DNA of 64,000 nt from Felis catus. Lineage: Eukaryota. This document shows, one piece after another, positions 50,584-63,900 of this stretch. Both the position numbers and the translations under genes were made by a program. The notes beneath the pieces were generated by a model. It was not told the origin of the DNA and did no database searches. It worked only from the letters and a program-made list of their open reading frames with translations. Location: positions 218,986,001 to 219,050,000 of the forward strand of contig NC_058368.1 of NCBI RefSeq assembly GCF_018350175.1, read 5' to 3'. How positions within the stretch are numbered: the first letter of the stretch is position 1; every line of letters begins with the position of its first letter.

Positions 50584-52802
50584 CTTGAGAACAAAAAAAG
50601 GAAAATTATGTTTTAATCTCCAAGTGAATAAACATGAGTTTGAACTTCTCAATAACCCTCTATCACCATTTTGCTGAAGCTCAACGGGAGACACTGAGCT
50701 CTGATCTTGAATATCAAGAGTGTGTAGGCTCTCATTGTTTAACTCTGCTCTTAAACACATGTAATTCCATTCTTTCACTGATTTTTAAATTCGTGACTGG
50801 CACTAAGCTCTAAAAATACTACAATATTAGAGAATAAACCACAGCATATGCTGGTGTGACTATCCCTGAGGCAGAAATTGATAATCTGCTCATCTCCTTT
50901 CCACCATGTTTCCTGCTATTCCATATACTTGGCCAGCAGAACAGCTGTCTTAGATTTCCTGTCTGGTGAAAGAAACCAGGAATGGTTGCCTTTTTCTTGC
51001 CAATTGGTTCTATAATTGTTTATTTGATCTTAGCACCAGAAACACATATTTCCTGAATTCTACACAATCTTCACTAGAGAAAATTATCACCACAGCTCTT
51101 CATCATAATGATGATCAATTTTCTCTTCCATTATATTAAATCCTTCTTTTGATTCAAATCTACTGACATAAGAAACCTCATGTTAACATTGGCCATTCTT
51201 ATGTCTACCTCTGGGCTTTTCAAAGTGTATAACTATCATTTTTTTAGGATATGTATTGTCTTATAGAGACTGGCCCCTCAACACTGCAGTATTCCTTCCT
51301 TCAGATCTTATCTGATCCTTTGTTTAATAGACGATTCAGCATCATCCTACTGGGAGAACTGATTCTGAGAAATATGATATATTGTTGGAACAGAGGGTCC
51401 TATGTCATGTGGTTATTATAACACATCCCTTGGCATAAAATCCATCCTTCGGCTTCAAGTGATGTTATGTGGGATATTATGTAGATGCCTAAGACTTTCC
51501 ATAAATCCTCAGATTATGGTATTAGCAAGGGCAATGTGAGAAAAAAAATTAAAACACACATTTTTGGATTCAGAGTCAGTTTCAGTAAAGGTGAATCACT
51601 GCCTCTTCCAGGATTAAAAGCATCCAACAATTGGCTTGCTTCCAAATTCTTGATTCCTCTTATACAAAGAATGGAACTGTATCAAAGGCTTAATCCAATC
51701 TCTGCTGTTGACATACTTGATATTTAGCATCAGTTGTAGATTCATTAGTCTTGAGAGGAAAGCTTTTCTATGGCTTACATTTATAGCCCTGTGTATGCTC
51801 TCATGGCTGATCTGTCATGTGGGCCCATTTGCAGAAGTGGATGAAGGCAGAGGCTGGCTGATGTCCCCTGGAATAATCTTGTTGTTCACCTAGTGGTGAA
51901 AACTCATTGTTGGCCCACATTATGCATGATCTCAGGCAAGCACTAAAGTAAAAGAAAACCAAAGATCTGCACTATTTATTCCTAAACTCCTAGGTTTTTC
52001 CAGGTGTCTCTACTTTAAACATTTGATCCTTAAATTTATGCCTTTCAGGCCTCTGTGCAATCATCCCAGGTATTCATCCTTACCAAGGAATTTAAGCATA
52101 CGGTTTTTTCAAAAAGCTTCTCCCTTCATACAAATGGACAACCCAGTGTGATGCTCATAGCTCAGCCCACTGGGAGAATTTCTTTTACCAAAGCTCATTT
52201 AGGCCAACTTTCCTTATGTGTATGTGTGGCAACAGTTCATTTATCATCTAATCCTAAGATATTCAGTCAGCCCATCCATGAAGCAAGTATGAAACTTTCC
52301 CTTCTTAGTTTATTATAAAGTATCCTCCATGGGTGTGAGCAAGGGAAGAGATGCCAGTGCAACAGTGGTATATGACATGAAGGTCTAGGCCACTTGTGCC
52401 CTCTGAATATGGTATGGCCAGGTCCCAAAGGCATTATTTTCACTATGAGATACATTACTGGTGAGCACATGAGGGAAGCTCATGTCACACAATCTCTTGA
52501 TGTTCCGAAATCCCTAGCAGTCAGTCTCTACTAGGGCTTTTACCACAACATAATCAATATGTTGTAATCATAATCAACAAATCAAACTAGTAATACTCTG
52601 TTGCATAAGGCATGGCCTTGACTCAGAACCTTGGTGGTTTGTGTCACAACTCTCCAACTGGGAGTTCCACTAAGGACCTTGGCGACTATAGTTACAAGTA
52701 CCGATGGGACTTAAGAATCAGAGCTTATACTGTAGCTGTATCTGTTGTAAAGTCTTCCCCCCATTATCCTCATGAGACCTACTTTAAAAATTCAGCCTTC
52801 TG

Positions 52803-52962
52803 AAACAACCAACAAAACTAAAAGACAAGCTACTAAATTGGAGAATATATTTGCAAATGACATTTGATAAATGGTTAGTATCATATATATATATATATAT
52901 ATATGTATGTGTATATATATATGTGTGTATATATATACATATATATGTATGTATGTATATAC

Positions 52963-53005
<43 letters not shown>

Positions 53006-53900
53006 TATATGTATGTATTTTACAACTTAACACCAGAAAAATAATCCAATGAAAAAATGAAAAGAAAACATGAACAGGGATTTCTTTAAAGAAGGCATAC
53101 AGCAGACACAGGACACATGAAAAGATGCTTAATATCACTCATCATCAGGGAAATTCAAATGAAAACCACAATGGGATATTACTTCCCACCAGTCAGAATG
53201 GCTAAAATCAAAAACACAAGAAACAAGTGTTGGTGAGGATGTGGATAAGAAGGAACCCTTGTGCACTGTTGGTTGAAATGCAAACTGGTACAGTCATTAT
53301 GGGAAACGGTGCAGAGGTTCCTCAAAATATTAAAAATAAATTACCGTATGATCCAGTAACACCATTCCCAGATATTTATCCAAAGGATATGAAAACACTA
53401 ATTTGAGAAAATATATGCAGCATTATTTACAGTAGCCAAAATATGGAAACAACTCAAGTTTCTATCAATGGATGAATGAATAAAGATGAAATAGTATATT
53501 TGCATAATGGAATATTATTTGGCCATAAAAAAGAATGAAATCTTGCCATTTGCAACAACATGGCTAGATCCAGAGGATATAATGCTAAGTGAAATAAGCT
53601 AGTCAGAGAGACAAATACCATATGATTTCACTCATGTGCGGAATTTAAGAAACCAAAGAAAGAGACAGACAAAACAAGACAAAACAAAACAAAAAACAGT
53701 CTCTTGATTACAGAGAACAAACTGATGGTTACCAGAAGGGAGATGTGTAGGGGGATGGACAAAATAGGTGAAGGGGATTAAGAGTACTTTTATCATTATG
53801 AGCACTGAGTAGTATATAGAATTGCCGAATTGCCGTATTTTACACCTGAAACTAATATAATATTGTATGTTAATTATACTGGAATTATTTTTTTTTCATT
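52803..53900 (+). mobile_element. 5'-truncated carnivore L1 (~1.1 kb) with internal (TA)n/(TG)n expansion
   Basis: ORF2-end and 3' UTR motifs; degenerate TSD aaaa(t/c)tcagc(c/t)ttct at ~52787-52801 and ~53903-53917. Confidence 0.88.
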
Positions 53901-55249
53901 TTAAAACTCAGCTTTCTAAGTCACCTTATATGAGGGTCTGAGCAACATTCCCAAAAGCTATAAATGCTGCTTCCATCAGCCAAAGATGTTCACAAAGTGC
54001 TGCTCCTCTTTCTTAGTGGTAGAATGTGCAAGGTATGAAGTATATCCTTTACCTTATAAGGGATTACCTTATAAGGGATTCCCTGGCACATCACAGATCA
54101 CTGAATCCTGGAATTTTCCTAACACATGGCTTGTAGCTTATTGAATCATGGAGGGTACTTGCCACTTTCTATTTATCAGGTTCATTTAACACAATTCTAT
54201 CAATTTAATGGATCATCATGATGTTTTTCAGAATGTATAGATAATTAAGTCTTCTCTGGTCTGTTCTCTTATCAGTGAACAGGAAAACTCACATGGACTT
54301 GGGATATGGGAGAAAATGTGCTCTTTGTCCTACATAAATATAAATCTGTTTTTATCGTGTTAAGTGATGGAAATTGAAAAGAACACAGTCTCCAGACTCT
54401 AGCCACATACAAAGTACCTAAATCAATCTGTTTCAGTAAGGATCTCACACCTACTATAACAGCTGTAAGTAAGACTCTCTTTTGGTTAGGTTTATAGTAG
54501 TGTACTGTCATCTGTCATGGGTCCGTCTGCTGTTTTTGAAAGGACTTTACAGGTAAATTGAACATGAAATAGGACCTTGAACTTCTATTCATTAATTGAG
54601 AATAATCTCTTTAATTTAACTTTGGAATTAATATTATCTCTAACTTATTGTCTTATCTAGGAAAGGGGCCACCTCCAGGGTTTTATATTTGGCAAGACTT
54701 ACCACAACAACTATTACTACACAGATTAGGAAACTAATGTGCCGGTTCTTCTAGATATTACTACAACTATGAACTCGGGGTCTGGAGAAATAACTGTGGA
54801 ATCTAATTTCAATTGAGGGTCCATTAAGTACCTGTTCTTCATAAGCTTTCAGTCTAACTGGTAAGGAAATTTGGATATGCTTCTGTCAATATAAACTCAA
54901 ACTTCAAATCCAACAGTCCTTCAAAGTTCTCAATAGTCTTTTTCCCCCGTGTAAAGTCACCTATGTTCATAGGTTCTTTGGACAAAGATATCTTAATATT
55001 TATTCCTTGCATTTGTGGTGTCATTGTAGAGTCCCTCCTTAAGTTTATCTAGTCTCCATTTCAACAGATGGGCTCTGGATCAGAGAATGAGCTCAGACTG
55101 GCAAAGTGAGTGAGAAGTTGTGATTTTTTATTATTGCAGATAATGCCAGTTTTCTTCTTACCAATTCATCATTTCTTCTGGTTTGTTACACCAGAAGCAG
55201 CCTGGCTGGCTATCTATCTCACCCCTAAGAAAATCACAGTCTATTTTAT

Positions 55250-55473
55250 TTTATTTATTTATTTTAATGTTTTTTAAATTTATTTTTGAGACAGAGAGAG
55301 ACAGAACATGAGCAGGGGAGGAGCAGAGAGAGAGGGAGACACAGAATCCGAAGCAGGCTCCAGGCTCCAAGCTGTCAGCACAGAGCCCGATGTGGGGTTC
55401 GAACTCACAGTCTGCCAGATCATGACCTGAGCCAAAGTCGGACGCTCAGTCGACTGAGCCACCCAGGCACCCC
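55250..55473 (-). mobile_element. Can-SINE with 16-bp TSD
   Basis: TSD tca(c/t)agtctattttat at 55234-55249 and 55474-55489. Confidence 0.94.
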
Positions 55474-56797
55474 TCATAGTCTATTTTATATCACAACAGA
55501 TCCTTACAGAAAAGGCATCCTGCTTGTCACTCTGGTCTTACTGCTCAGTACAGTTAATACATCCACTCTACCTTTGAATGACCAAGTGTCACCACCTGGG
55601 CTAAGGTTTTCAAGAATTCTGCAGAGCCATTCTCTCTGGGCATACTAGTTTCATGCAGTATTTCCTACTACCGATTCTGGCCTAGTCGTGATAAAAAGCA
55701 CTGAGCCATTGAATATCATCATCAATAGTGCATTCATATGGCCTTAGCGAAATAGGGACAGTATCTCCACCTCATCCAATGAAGACCATCTCAGCAGCTA
55801 AATTTTAGAATCCTCTCCTGGTGGTCTTGCCTGATTCTTAAGTCTGATTCTTAAGTCTTTAGTCACAGGAAAGTGACTACCTGTGTCAGACTCACCACTT
55901 CTGTTAAAAAAACAAAAAACAAAAAACAAAAAACAAAAAACAAAAAACAAAAAAAAAAACTCTAAACCTTTTCTTCCACACACACTTCATGGGTTCCTGT
56001 CAACACGTCTTAGCAAGCCCTTTCAACTTTTCAGGGAGTAATCTGACTCTGGTTACTGTCCAGAAGCATTTTTTAAAATATGGGCAGGACTTGAGGAGAA
56101 TGAGCATCATCTTAGTAATCACCTGGCTCAGGTGTGTCTCATGTCTCCAGGTAATGTGAGGCTCCTGCTTTCTTCTAAGGAGGAGGACTTTGTTTTGTTG
56201 ACCATAAGTTTTCTCAGAACCTGAAGATTGGAGGTTTGTACTATCAAACTTCCCCATTCTCTGTATAGGGACCCCAATACTTTTTAACTTGTGTTGGTAT
56301 TGCCATAGGGATTGTGTTGTGGCTTGGCTTGCATTTCCTTTTGCAATTCTGCTAACCTGAATATTAAATTGCATGCCCAATTTTTAGTAATCTGCCATCT
56401 AGCTTTAAGAGATGAGGGACTCTGTAAACACTGTCATGGAAGCATTTTAGTTTTTACCACATGCTTTGAGTTAATAGTTGGCTGACCTGAATCGGCCGTT
56501 TGTTTTCTTCAAGGCCTTTAAGACAGTTGACAAAAGTCAGCCAATTATACAATATTTATAATTACCGTTGCTCTAATATTAAGACTGTTAGAGGTTCTAG
56601 ACAACCCAAATTGTTCTCTTCCACTTATGCCTTAGTCTAACAGACTAAAATTTAAAGTCATAGTAATTTCAAAGGTACCATAATAGGATGTATAACCACC
56701 AATAATCATGGGAATCTATTGCCATCTGCCCAGTAAGAGATTCAATTCCAGAAATCCATCATGAGGATCTCTTTTTAAAGATCATTCTTATACCTAT

Positions 56798-57250
56798 TGT
56801 CTTAGATTGGGTTCTGTCAAAGTAAAATATGAGACAAAGACCTGAGAGAAGATCCAACCCCTCCACCATCTGTTTGTTTGAATTTGGGAGGTGGTCCCGG
56901 GTGGAAGTAAGGGAACAGCAAGAGTGACAAAAGGCACAATGAAAAACTGATATGAGTATATTGTTGAACAACTTGGAAGTATAAGGAATGTCTGCGAGAA
57001 TTGCCCATCCTGAGGACCACCAGCTGGATCTTCATCTACTGGCTCCCATCTTCCATTGGTTGACTATTGCCCTGAAAACATTGATTTTCCTACACTTCCA
57101 AGATGTGTTTCCAATTTGGTCAAGCAGGTTCATGAGACTTTGGAGAAGACCATGAGATAAAAAAGCAATGCCTGGTGGTGAGAGGTTGAGGTGGAAAAGT
57201 GTCAAATGACTCTGATCTTACAGAGCATATGCTAGCACGGACATAGAAAG
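56798..57250 (-). mobile_element. ERVL LTR (LTR33/LTR16-like), putative 5' LTR of the adjacent internal region
   Basis: tgtcttagattgggttc..tgagacaaag..tttgggaggtggtccc matches the reverse complement of this LTR family's 3' end as I recall it. Confidence 0.65.
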
Positions 57251-57541
57251 GCATTGCCTTTCTCAGAGCAGTTGCAATCTAAGAAGCAATTTATCCATTC
57301 ATTCCTTATTTATGAAAATATGTAATTATTTTTTGAGTTTCCTTTTATGTTAAACTTTATCAAAATATTTTTCATAGCTATATGCATAATAAGGTGATAA
57401 GATAATTATATACATTTTCCTTTAAACTAATGCTATGATATGTTAAATCACCACAAATTCTAATGAAATGCATTTGCCTACTCAAAATTAACACAGCTTG
57501 AACATCATGTATTATAATTGAGTCACTAATAGTTTCATTTT

Positions 57542-57659
57542 GGGGGCACCTGGGTGGCTCAGTTGGTTAAATACCTGACTTTGGCAGAGGTCATGATCTT
57601 GTGGTTCATGGGTTTGGGCCCCGCATTTGGATCTGTTGGCAGTGTGGAGCATCCTTGGG

Positions 57660-57703
<44 letters not shown>

Positions 57704-57735
57704 CCTCTCAAATATAAATAAATCAACTTAAAAAA
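57542..57735 (+). mobile_element. Can-SINE with TSD
   Basis: TSD taatagtttca at 57527-57537 and 57736-57746; (CT)n body. Confidence 0.92.
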
Positions 57736-58879
57736 TAATAGTTTCACTTTGGAAGTATTTTTGAAATTATTTCTTCATTAATACTGTTGTGTGAGATTTG
57801 TCAGAACTTTCTTGGCTCTTGCTATTTTTATAAAATTGTATACCATGGTCTCTGACTTTGGAAAAAAATAATACAAAACTTTCTCATTTTGTGTGGGTGG
57901 TAGGTGGTTAAAGTGAATATAAAACTCTCTAGCATGCTTCCCGCTGTCTTCCATCAATATACTTAGCTTTCTAATTGCCTTTAAGTATGTTTGATACTCT
58001 TTGTTTTTCTTCAAATATATTTATATTATTCACATTTTGAAAATATTGACAAAATTGTTTTATACATAATTTATTTTATTTTCCTGGATGACTTATTTTC
58101 CTTTGTTTCTTTTTCTAATTAACTATATTAGGTTTTTTTTTCATTTTATTTTATTTTTTATTAACTATAATTTTTGTGGGGGAGGGAGAAATTTACTTTT
58201 TCAGATGATCAGTTTTTATTTTTATTTAATAGTTCTAACCTATTTTCTTTAAATTGATTCCTAATTTTTCTGATTTTAGTTTTATTCATATAGCCTTTTT
58301 GAAAATGTATTTTCCCTATTTCCATTTGGAAAGATAATGCTAATGGAGATAATTGCATTGTGGAAAGTTATTCTCTTGACATTCTAATTTCTTCCCAGAG
58401 AGAAAATTAAAATGGGTTTATTTGGGGTTTTGGTGGTTTTGTTTGTTTGTGTGTTTGTTTGTTTTTGCCTTTAGCTTCTGGTGGGTTGCCATTTATTAAT
58501 CATGACATAAAAGTATATTATTCTGATTCTCTCATAGGGGGTATCAGTTGGTTGTGTTTTGTTTTTTTTTTCCCCTGTCATTATTGTTGTTTATTTATTT
58601 GTTAATCAATCACCTTCTTCCCCTCAATACTTATAAGATGGCAAAGATGTTGCTTATCTACTCTGGATTTCACTTTTTAATTCTTTTAATTCATTTGACC
58701 TAGTCAAATTTTGATTCTGCTCATATTTTCCCATTTGTTTTTATTTTTTTTTTGTTTATTTTGTTAACTTTTGGGCAGTTGTACATATGATGCTACCTTG
58801 AACTGTACCTTTGTCCTCTTATATTTTATATTATCATGTAATCACTGTATTGGCCCATTTATCAAAACACTAGTTTTCT

Positions 58880-59215
58880 GTTTTTTTTTTTTAATTTCAT
58901 TATTTGAGATACAATGACATCACGTTGTGTAAGTTTAAGTTAAACATGTTGATTTGATATATTCATATATTGCATAATGATTGCTACCATAACATTAGCT
59001 CCTACCTGTATCCTTATACACATATCATAAAATTTAGCACCTTTAACAATTTTTTAAGTTTATTTTTCAGTAGCATTCACATTGTTGTGCAACCAATGTA
59101 CAGACTCTTTTCATATATCAAAATTAAAGCTTTATACCCTTTAGAAAACTCCCCATTTTCCTGTCCTCTAAACCGTGGCAATGGCCATTTTGCTTTCTGT
59201 CTTAGAATTAATTTT
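58880..59215 (-). mobile_element. L1MA/L1MB-like 3' UTR fragments
   Basis: Poly(T) then ttgtgtaagtttaag..atgattgctacca; cattcacattgttgtgcaacc..aactccccattttcc. Confidence 0.6.
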
Positions 59216-61679
59216 TAAACCGTATCTAATTGCTGAACATTTAGCAGACTTAACACTACTTAATTTTAGTGTCTAATTACAAAAAAATAAGACTGGAAAG
59301 GTAGGATTTTATCTAATGTTTTCATTATTGTATCCTTCATGCTAGAAACGTATGTTTCAATACATCATTTTGGAATTGGTGGCTCCAAAAATGAAACACC
59401 TCCCAATTTTTATGTTTGATGATAAAAATTAAACCTTTGAAGACCATTCAATTGAAGAATTCTCAAAACCTATTGGACTATAGTTCATTTATATATATAC
59501 TTCCAAGAAAACATTATGAAATATGACATACATTTACATACATGAAAATGGAGAGGCTTATTTAATAGTGAGCTATCATATTTCATATTTATGTAGCATA
59601 AAATGCATCATATATAAATACATATATTATCAATGAAAATTCTATTTCATGGTGTTGTCTGATATACAAATGAACCATTTCATTTCAGGAGTCATTTTTA
59701 ACATTTTTATTTAAATATTCTTGAAATTTTATCATTTGAAACGAATGTTTTATGAGAAATAAAAAAGTGTAGAACATAAAGAATGTTCATTACCTACTAG
59801 TTAGTATTAAAATCAACTGTAGTTGCAGTAGAAATTTTATATAATCTTATTTTAAGCAGATATTAAATGATAATTTTCTCATATATTGCATTCTGCTAAA
59901 AAATTTAAACTCAGCATTTGGGAATCTTCTAAAAACTGTAATAAAAATTGAAAATATTCTGTTCACAATTAGGAATGAACATGATGGATAAATTGGAATT
60001 GAAACAGGAAGGAGAAATAGAGGTTTCTGTCCTAGAAGAATTGCCCTGGATTTAATCTCCCACATGGTAGTATTTAATAAGACTTTCTCCTAAAAATACT
60101 CTTTTGACACTCATTCCTTAAATCTCATTTGTACAACAGGGAAAAATGGATGAACATAGAATGAGGAGAAATGACAGCTATTCTTATAATCAGTAGGGAA
60201 AAAGAAAAACAAATTGAACCTAATTTTTTGATACTTTCTCATTGAGATTATATTTCCTTTAAAAGGTGCTTAGCTATATAAATGTATTTTGATTAGATTA
60301 AGCAATGGTAGAGAATAAGGCAATTACAGAGAATAAAAGAATTTTTTGTTTCTCAGCCTTGATCCTGTATCAGAATTACATGTTTGTTTGTTTGTTTGTT
60401 TGTTTGTTTGTTTTCTCCTCTTTCTGTTTCTGTGTTTTAGCAAAAGAAGAGTAAAATGATTTAGGTGGCCCCATGAATGAATTATCATTTTTACAAACAA
60501 GTTATTATTATGTTTTTAATCTCTGGAAAATAAACTTGGAAGCTCATATACAGAAGCACAGACAAATCAGTCTGGATATTTTTTTCTCTAAAGTGTAAGT
60601 TAATACTTATTGGGAAAATGAGATTTTCCTATTTATGCAGGTAGTTTCTTGATATTTTAACTCAATCAATTGTAATTAAACTGAGACTAATTAAAATGGG
60701 AAATCAAAAACAAATGAATTGAAAGGTGATTCATTCCCTTAAGATTAAGTAGAAATTTAAAATTAAAAGTAATTTTCTCAGGCAAAGAGAAAATTATCAT
60801 CATTATAGGTCAATTACCTAAGGCATTCTGGAGTAGTTTTATTGTAAGAAATAATGAACATGGGACCCCACATTGTTAAGATTACAAAGGAAAATAGTTG
60901 GGCAAAAAATTAATTTTAATTTTTGTTCCTATAATTATGAGTATCGTACATATTTATTATACAATATTCTGTCCTTAGAGATGTGCCTAAGGCATTAGAA
61001 AATGCAGCAGAAGTAGAGAGCTGGTGTTGTGAGTTATTTGTAGATCGTAAAACGTAATTTTGTAGACTTTGTATATGACTAAATGAGTCATTTCAAGTAA
61101 ATAGGAAAGCATATTTGCTTTGTTTTCCACTGTCATCAAAAGTAAATACATAGTGTCCTGGTTTTTGGTTCTTGGCCATGTTAAAAAGCAGTACACACGA
61201 TTTTGTTAAGGGAAGAAAAATATTATATGGAACTGTGCAAATTTGCTAGTTTTGTAACTTAACATTGGTCAATTATTGGCAATTTGATTTAATTTGACCT
61301 ATACTATAAAATCCAACGTGTCTAACATTTCTAACATAAGGATGATAGGGTCTAGAGAGATTTGAATTTTTCTGGCATTCACAGTTATTTACTAATTGGA
61401 ATAGAAATAGAAGAAAAACCTTCCATTACATTTTTCTTTTGCTTATATAAAATATTAAGTAAAACCATGCTTTTAAAATCATACATTGGAGTAAATAACG
61501 TATGTTTTTTCACATTAAAAAAATGGTAATGTCCAGAGAGCTATTCTATTTCCAAACCAGGAAGAATCTTTCTGGAGGCTAAGGATACAAATTCAGGTAG
61601 GGCCACCAACCCATTGCTAGTCAAGATGATTAAAGAAATGGAAACTACCCAGGATTTCAAGTACCTTATCTGGATCCCA

Positions 61680-62860
61680 TGTGTCACAGTGCTAGTTAAG
61701 GCTATGATCACATCTTTCCCATAGATTAGTATTGGTTCAGTCCACTGCAGTCTGTCCTTCATGGGCAGCCTCAGCAATATTTCTGAAATGCAAATTGAAT
61801 CACTCTCTCACACACCTATGAAGACCTTTAGTGACTTCCTGTAGCCTTTTGCAATAATTTCAAATTTGTTATCATGGCTTTCAAATCCCTGTTAGTATCT
61901 GTATAAATTAATAGCCAAACTCATGAGTGTTCATTCTGAAATGCTTCTTGCCCCAGTCCAATCCCCCAAATACACACTGTAGAATGTTTTGGATATACCC
62001 ATACTGAACTTCTTTTCAGTTTTTTCAAAATCTGTAGTACTTTCTCTCCTATTCAGTTCACTGCACAACTCATATCTTGTCCCTGTAAAATCTTTGCTTC
62101 CTCAGTACTCCCCTTGAATCTTTAGAATTGCTTATTTCAGCTGTCTGCTATAATGACACTTTTTTCTCAGGTAGCTTCTGTGCCAGCCCAGTGTATTCCA
62201 TGGACTATGCATTACTTTTCTACTGCTTCTGCAGCAAATCACCACAAACTTAGAGGATTAAAACAACACAAATGTATTATCTCACAGTTCTATAGGTCAG
62301 AAGTCTGACTCACATCTAACTGAGCTAAAATCAAGCTCTCAGTGTGTCTGTGTTCCTTCTGAAAGGATGTAGGGAGAATTCATTTCCTCGGCTTTTTTAG
62401 CTTCTAGAGGCTGCCCTCACTCCTTGGCTCGTTGTCCCATTCCAACCTCAAAGCCAACAAAGGACGGTGGAAATTTTCTTACATTATATCATTCTGACTC
62501 TGACTTCTACATCTTTCTTTCATTTTTAAGTGCCCGTTTGATTACATTGGGCCCACAAGAATAATCAAGGATAATATTCCTATTTATAGGTCAGCTGATC
62601 AGCAAATTAATCCCATCTGCCACTTCATTTCCCCTTCACTGTAGAAGGTAACATATTCAAAGGTTCCAGGAATTAGGGCATGGGGATCTTTGTGGGACAT
62701 TATTCTGCCCAACACAGCCTGCTCATGGCACTGCTTAAACCACAGTTATCAAGACACCTGCCCCACCTCTTTGTAAGCCAATTTAACAAGAATCAGGAAA
62801 TCTTATTCATCATTTAATCTTTGTTCTTAGCATGATATCATGTATAAAACAGCAACAAAT
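61680..62860 (+). mobile_element. L2 remnant split by an MLT1 LTR
   Basis: ttctgaaatgcaaattgaatca..agtgacttcct..atcatggctttcaaatccct; 3' part cttattcatcatttaatc..cttagcatg. Confidence 0.5.
62208..62715 (-). mobile_element. MaLR solo LTR (MLT1D-like)
   Basis: caaatcaccacaaacttag..aaacaacacaaatgtattatctcacagttct..ggtcagaagtc; ttctagaggctgccc; ends attctgcccaacaca. Confidence 0.88.
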
Positions 62861-62966
62861 ATAATAATTAAACATAAGTCTTAAAAAAAAGCTGAGGCAT
62901 ATTAGGAATATTCCAGAAAAAAAAAATAAGTGCTTGGGAATGGAACTAAGGAAAATGCAGAGTTAC

Positions 62967-63220
62967 TTCCAGAAAATTTCAGAATCTGGATAAAGGCTCT
63001 GCTCAGTTTCACTCCTGGCTTCTTCATTCTGTACTGAGGTTACTTCCTTGTTTTCACTATTTCTCTTTGTATCAAAATGTTTTATCAGAAACCACATCCC
63101 TTCAAAATATTTTCTCCTCACTTTTGTGCTTGCATCCCTGTCTTCCCTCCATTCCTGATTCCCCTTTGCTCTCCATTTTCTGTTGTTTTTTTGTTTGTTT
63201 AAATAGAATAGGAGCTCAGA
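62967..63220 (-). CDS. Candidate internal coding exon of an unidentified gene (SELLFYLNKQKNNRKWRAKGNQEWREDRDASTKVRRKYFEGMWFLIKHFDTKRNSENKEV...EIFW)
   Basis: Polypyrimidine tract and ctcctcag| acceptor at 63221 (alternative aacag| at 63180), open frame, donor GAA|gtaact at 62966; purine-rich non-repeat sequence. Confidence 0.3.
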
Positions 63221-63381
63221 CTGAGGAGTGGTAACAGAAAGAAACCAAAGCAGGCAAAGTATAAAGACCGTGAAAGGGGAAGACAATATGGGGGCCTCTT
63301 TAGATTACTGCTCTGTATTCAATTACAGTCTTGTGATTTAATTCCTTTCAAATTTGCAATGGTAGTTCATTTAACTATAGA

Positions 63382-63900
63382 TTTTTTTCTTTTTTCTAGT
63401 TTTTATTTAAATTCCAGTTAGTTAACATACAGTGTAACATTAGTTTCAGGTATAGAATTTAGTGATTGATCACTTACGACAACACCCACTGCTCATCACA
63501 AATACCTTCCTTAATACTATCACCCAGTTAACCCAACTCCCCACCCACCTCTCCTCCAGAAACCCTGTTTGCTCTCTGGAGTTATAAGTCTATTTTATGA
63601 TTTGCCTCTCTCTTTCCCCTCCATATGTTCATCTTTTTTGTTTCTTAAATTCAATTTTTTAATTTATATTCGAGGTAGTTAACCTACAGTGTAGTCTTGA
63701 CTTTAACAGTAGAACCCAGTGATTCATCTCTTATGTATGACACCCAGTGCTCATCCCCAAAAGTGCTCTCCTTAATGCCTGTTACCCATTTAGCCCCCAC
63801 CCCACGTGAATGAAATCATATGGCATTTGTCTTTCTTTGACTTATTTTGCTTAGCATAATACTCTCTAGCTCCATCCACATTGTTGCAAATGGCACAATT
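63382..63900 (-). mobile_element. Carnivore L1 3' UTR fragment containing a second nested L1 3' stub (~63653-63805)
   Basis: Two successive L1 3'-end patterns (ttaaattccagttagttaacatacagtg.. and gtagttaacctacagtgtag..cccagtgctcatccc). Confidence 0.8.

Larger units (their letters stand above)
50900..56790 (-). mobile_element. Degraded class III (ERVL-type) provirus internal region, interrupted by an L1 and a SINE
   Basis: 51400-51640 resembles the reverse complement of ERVL integrase sequence; abuts an LTR through a PBS-like junction at ~56780-56797; no intact ORF. Confidence 0.55.
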
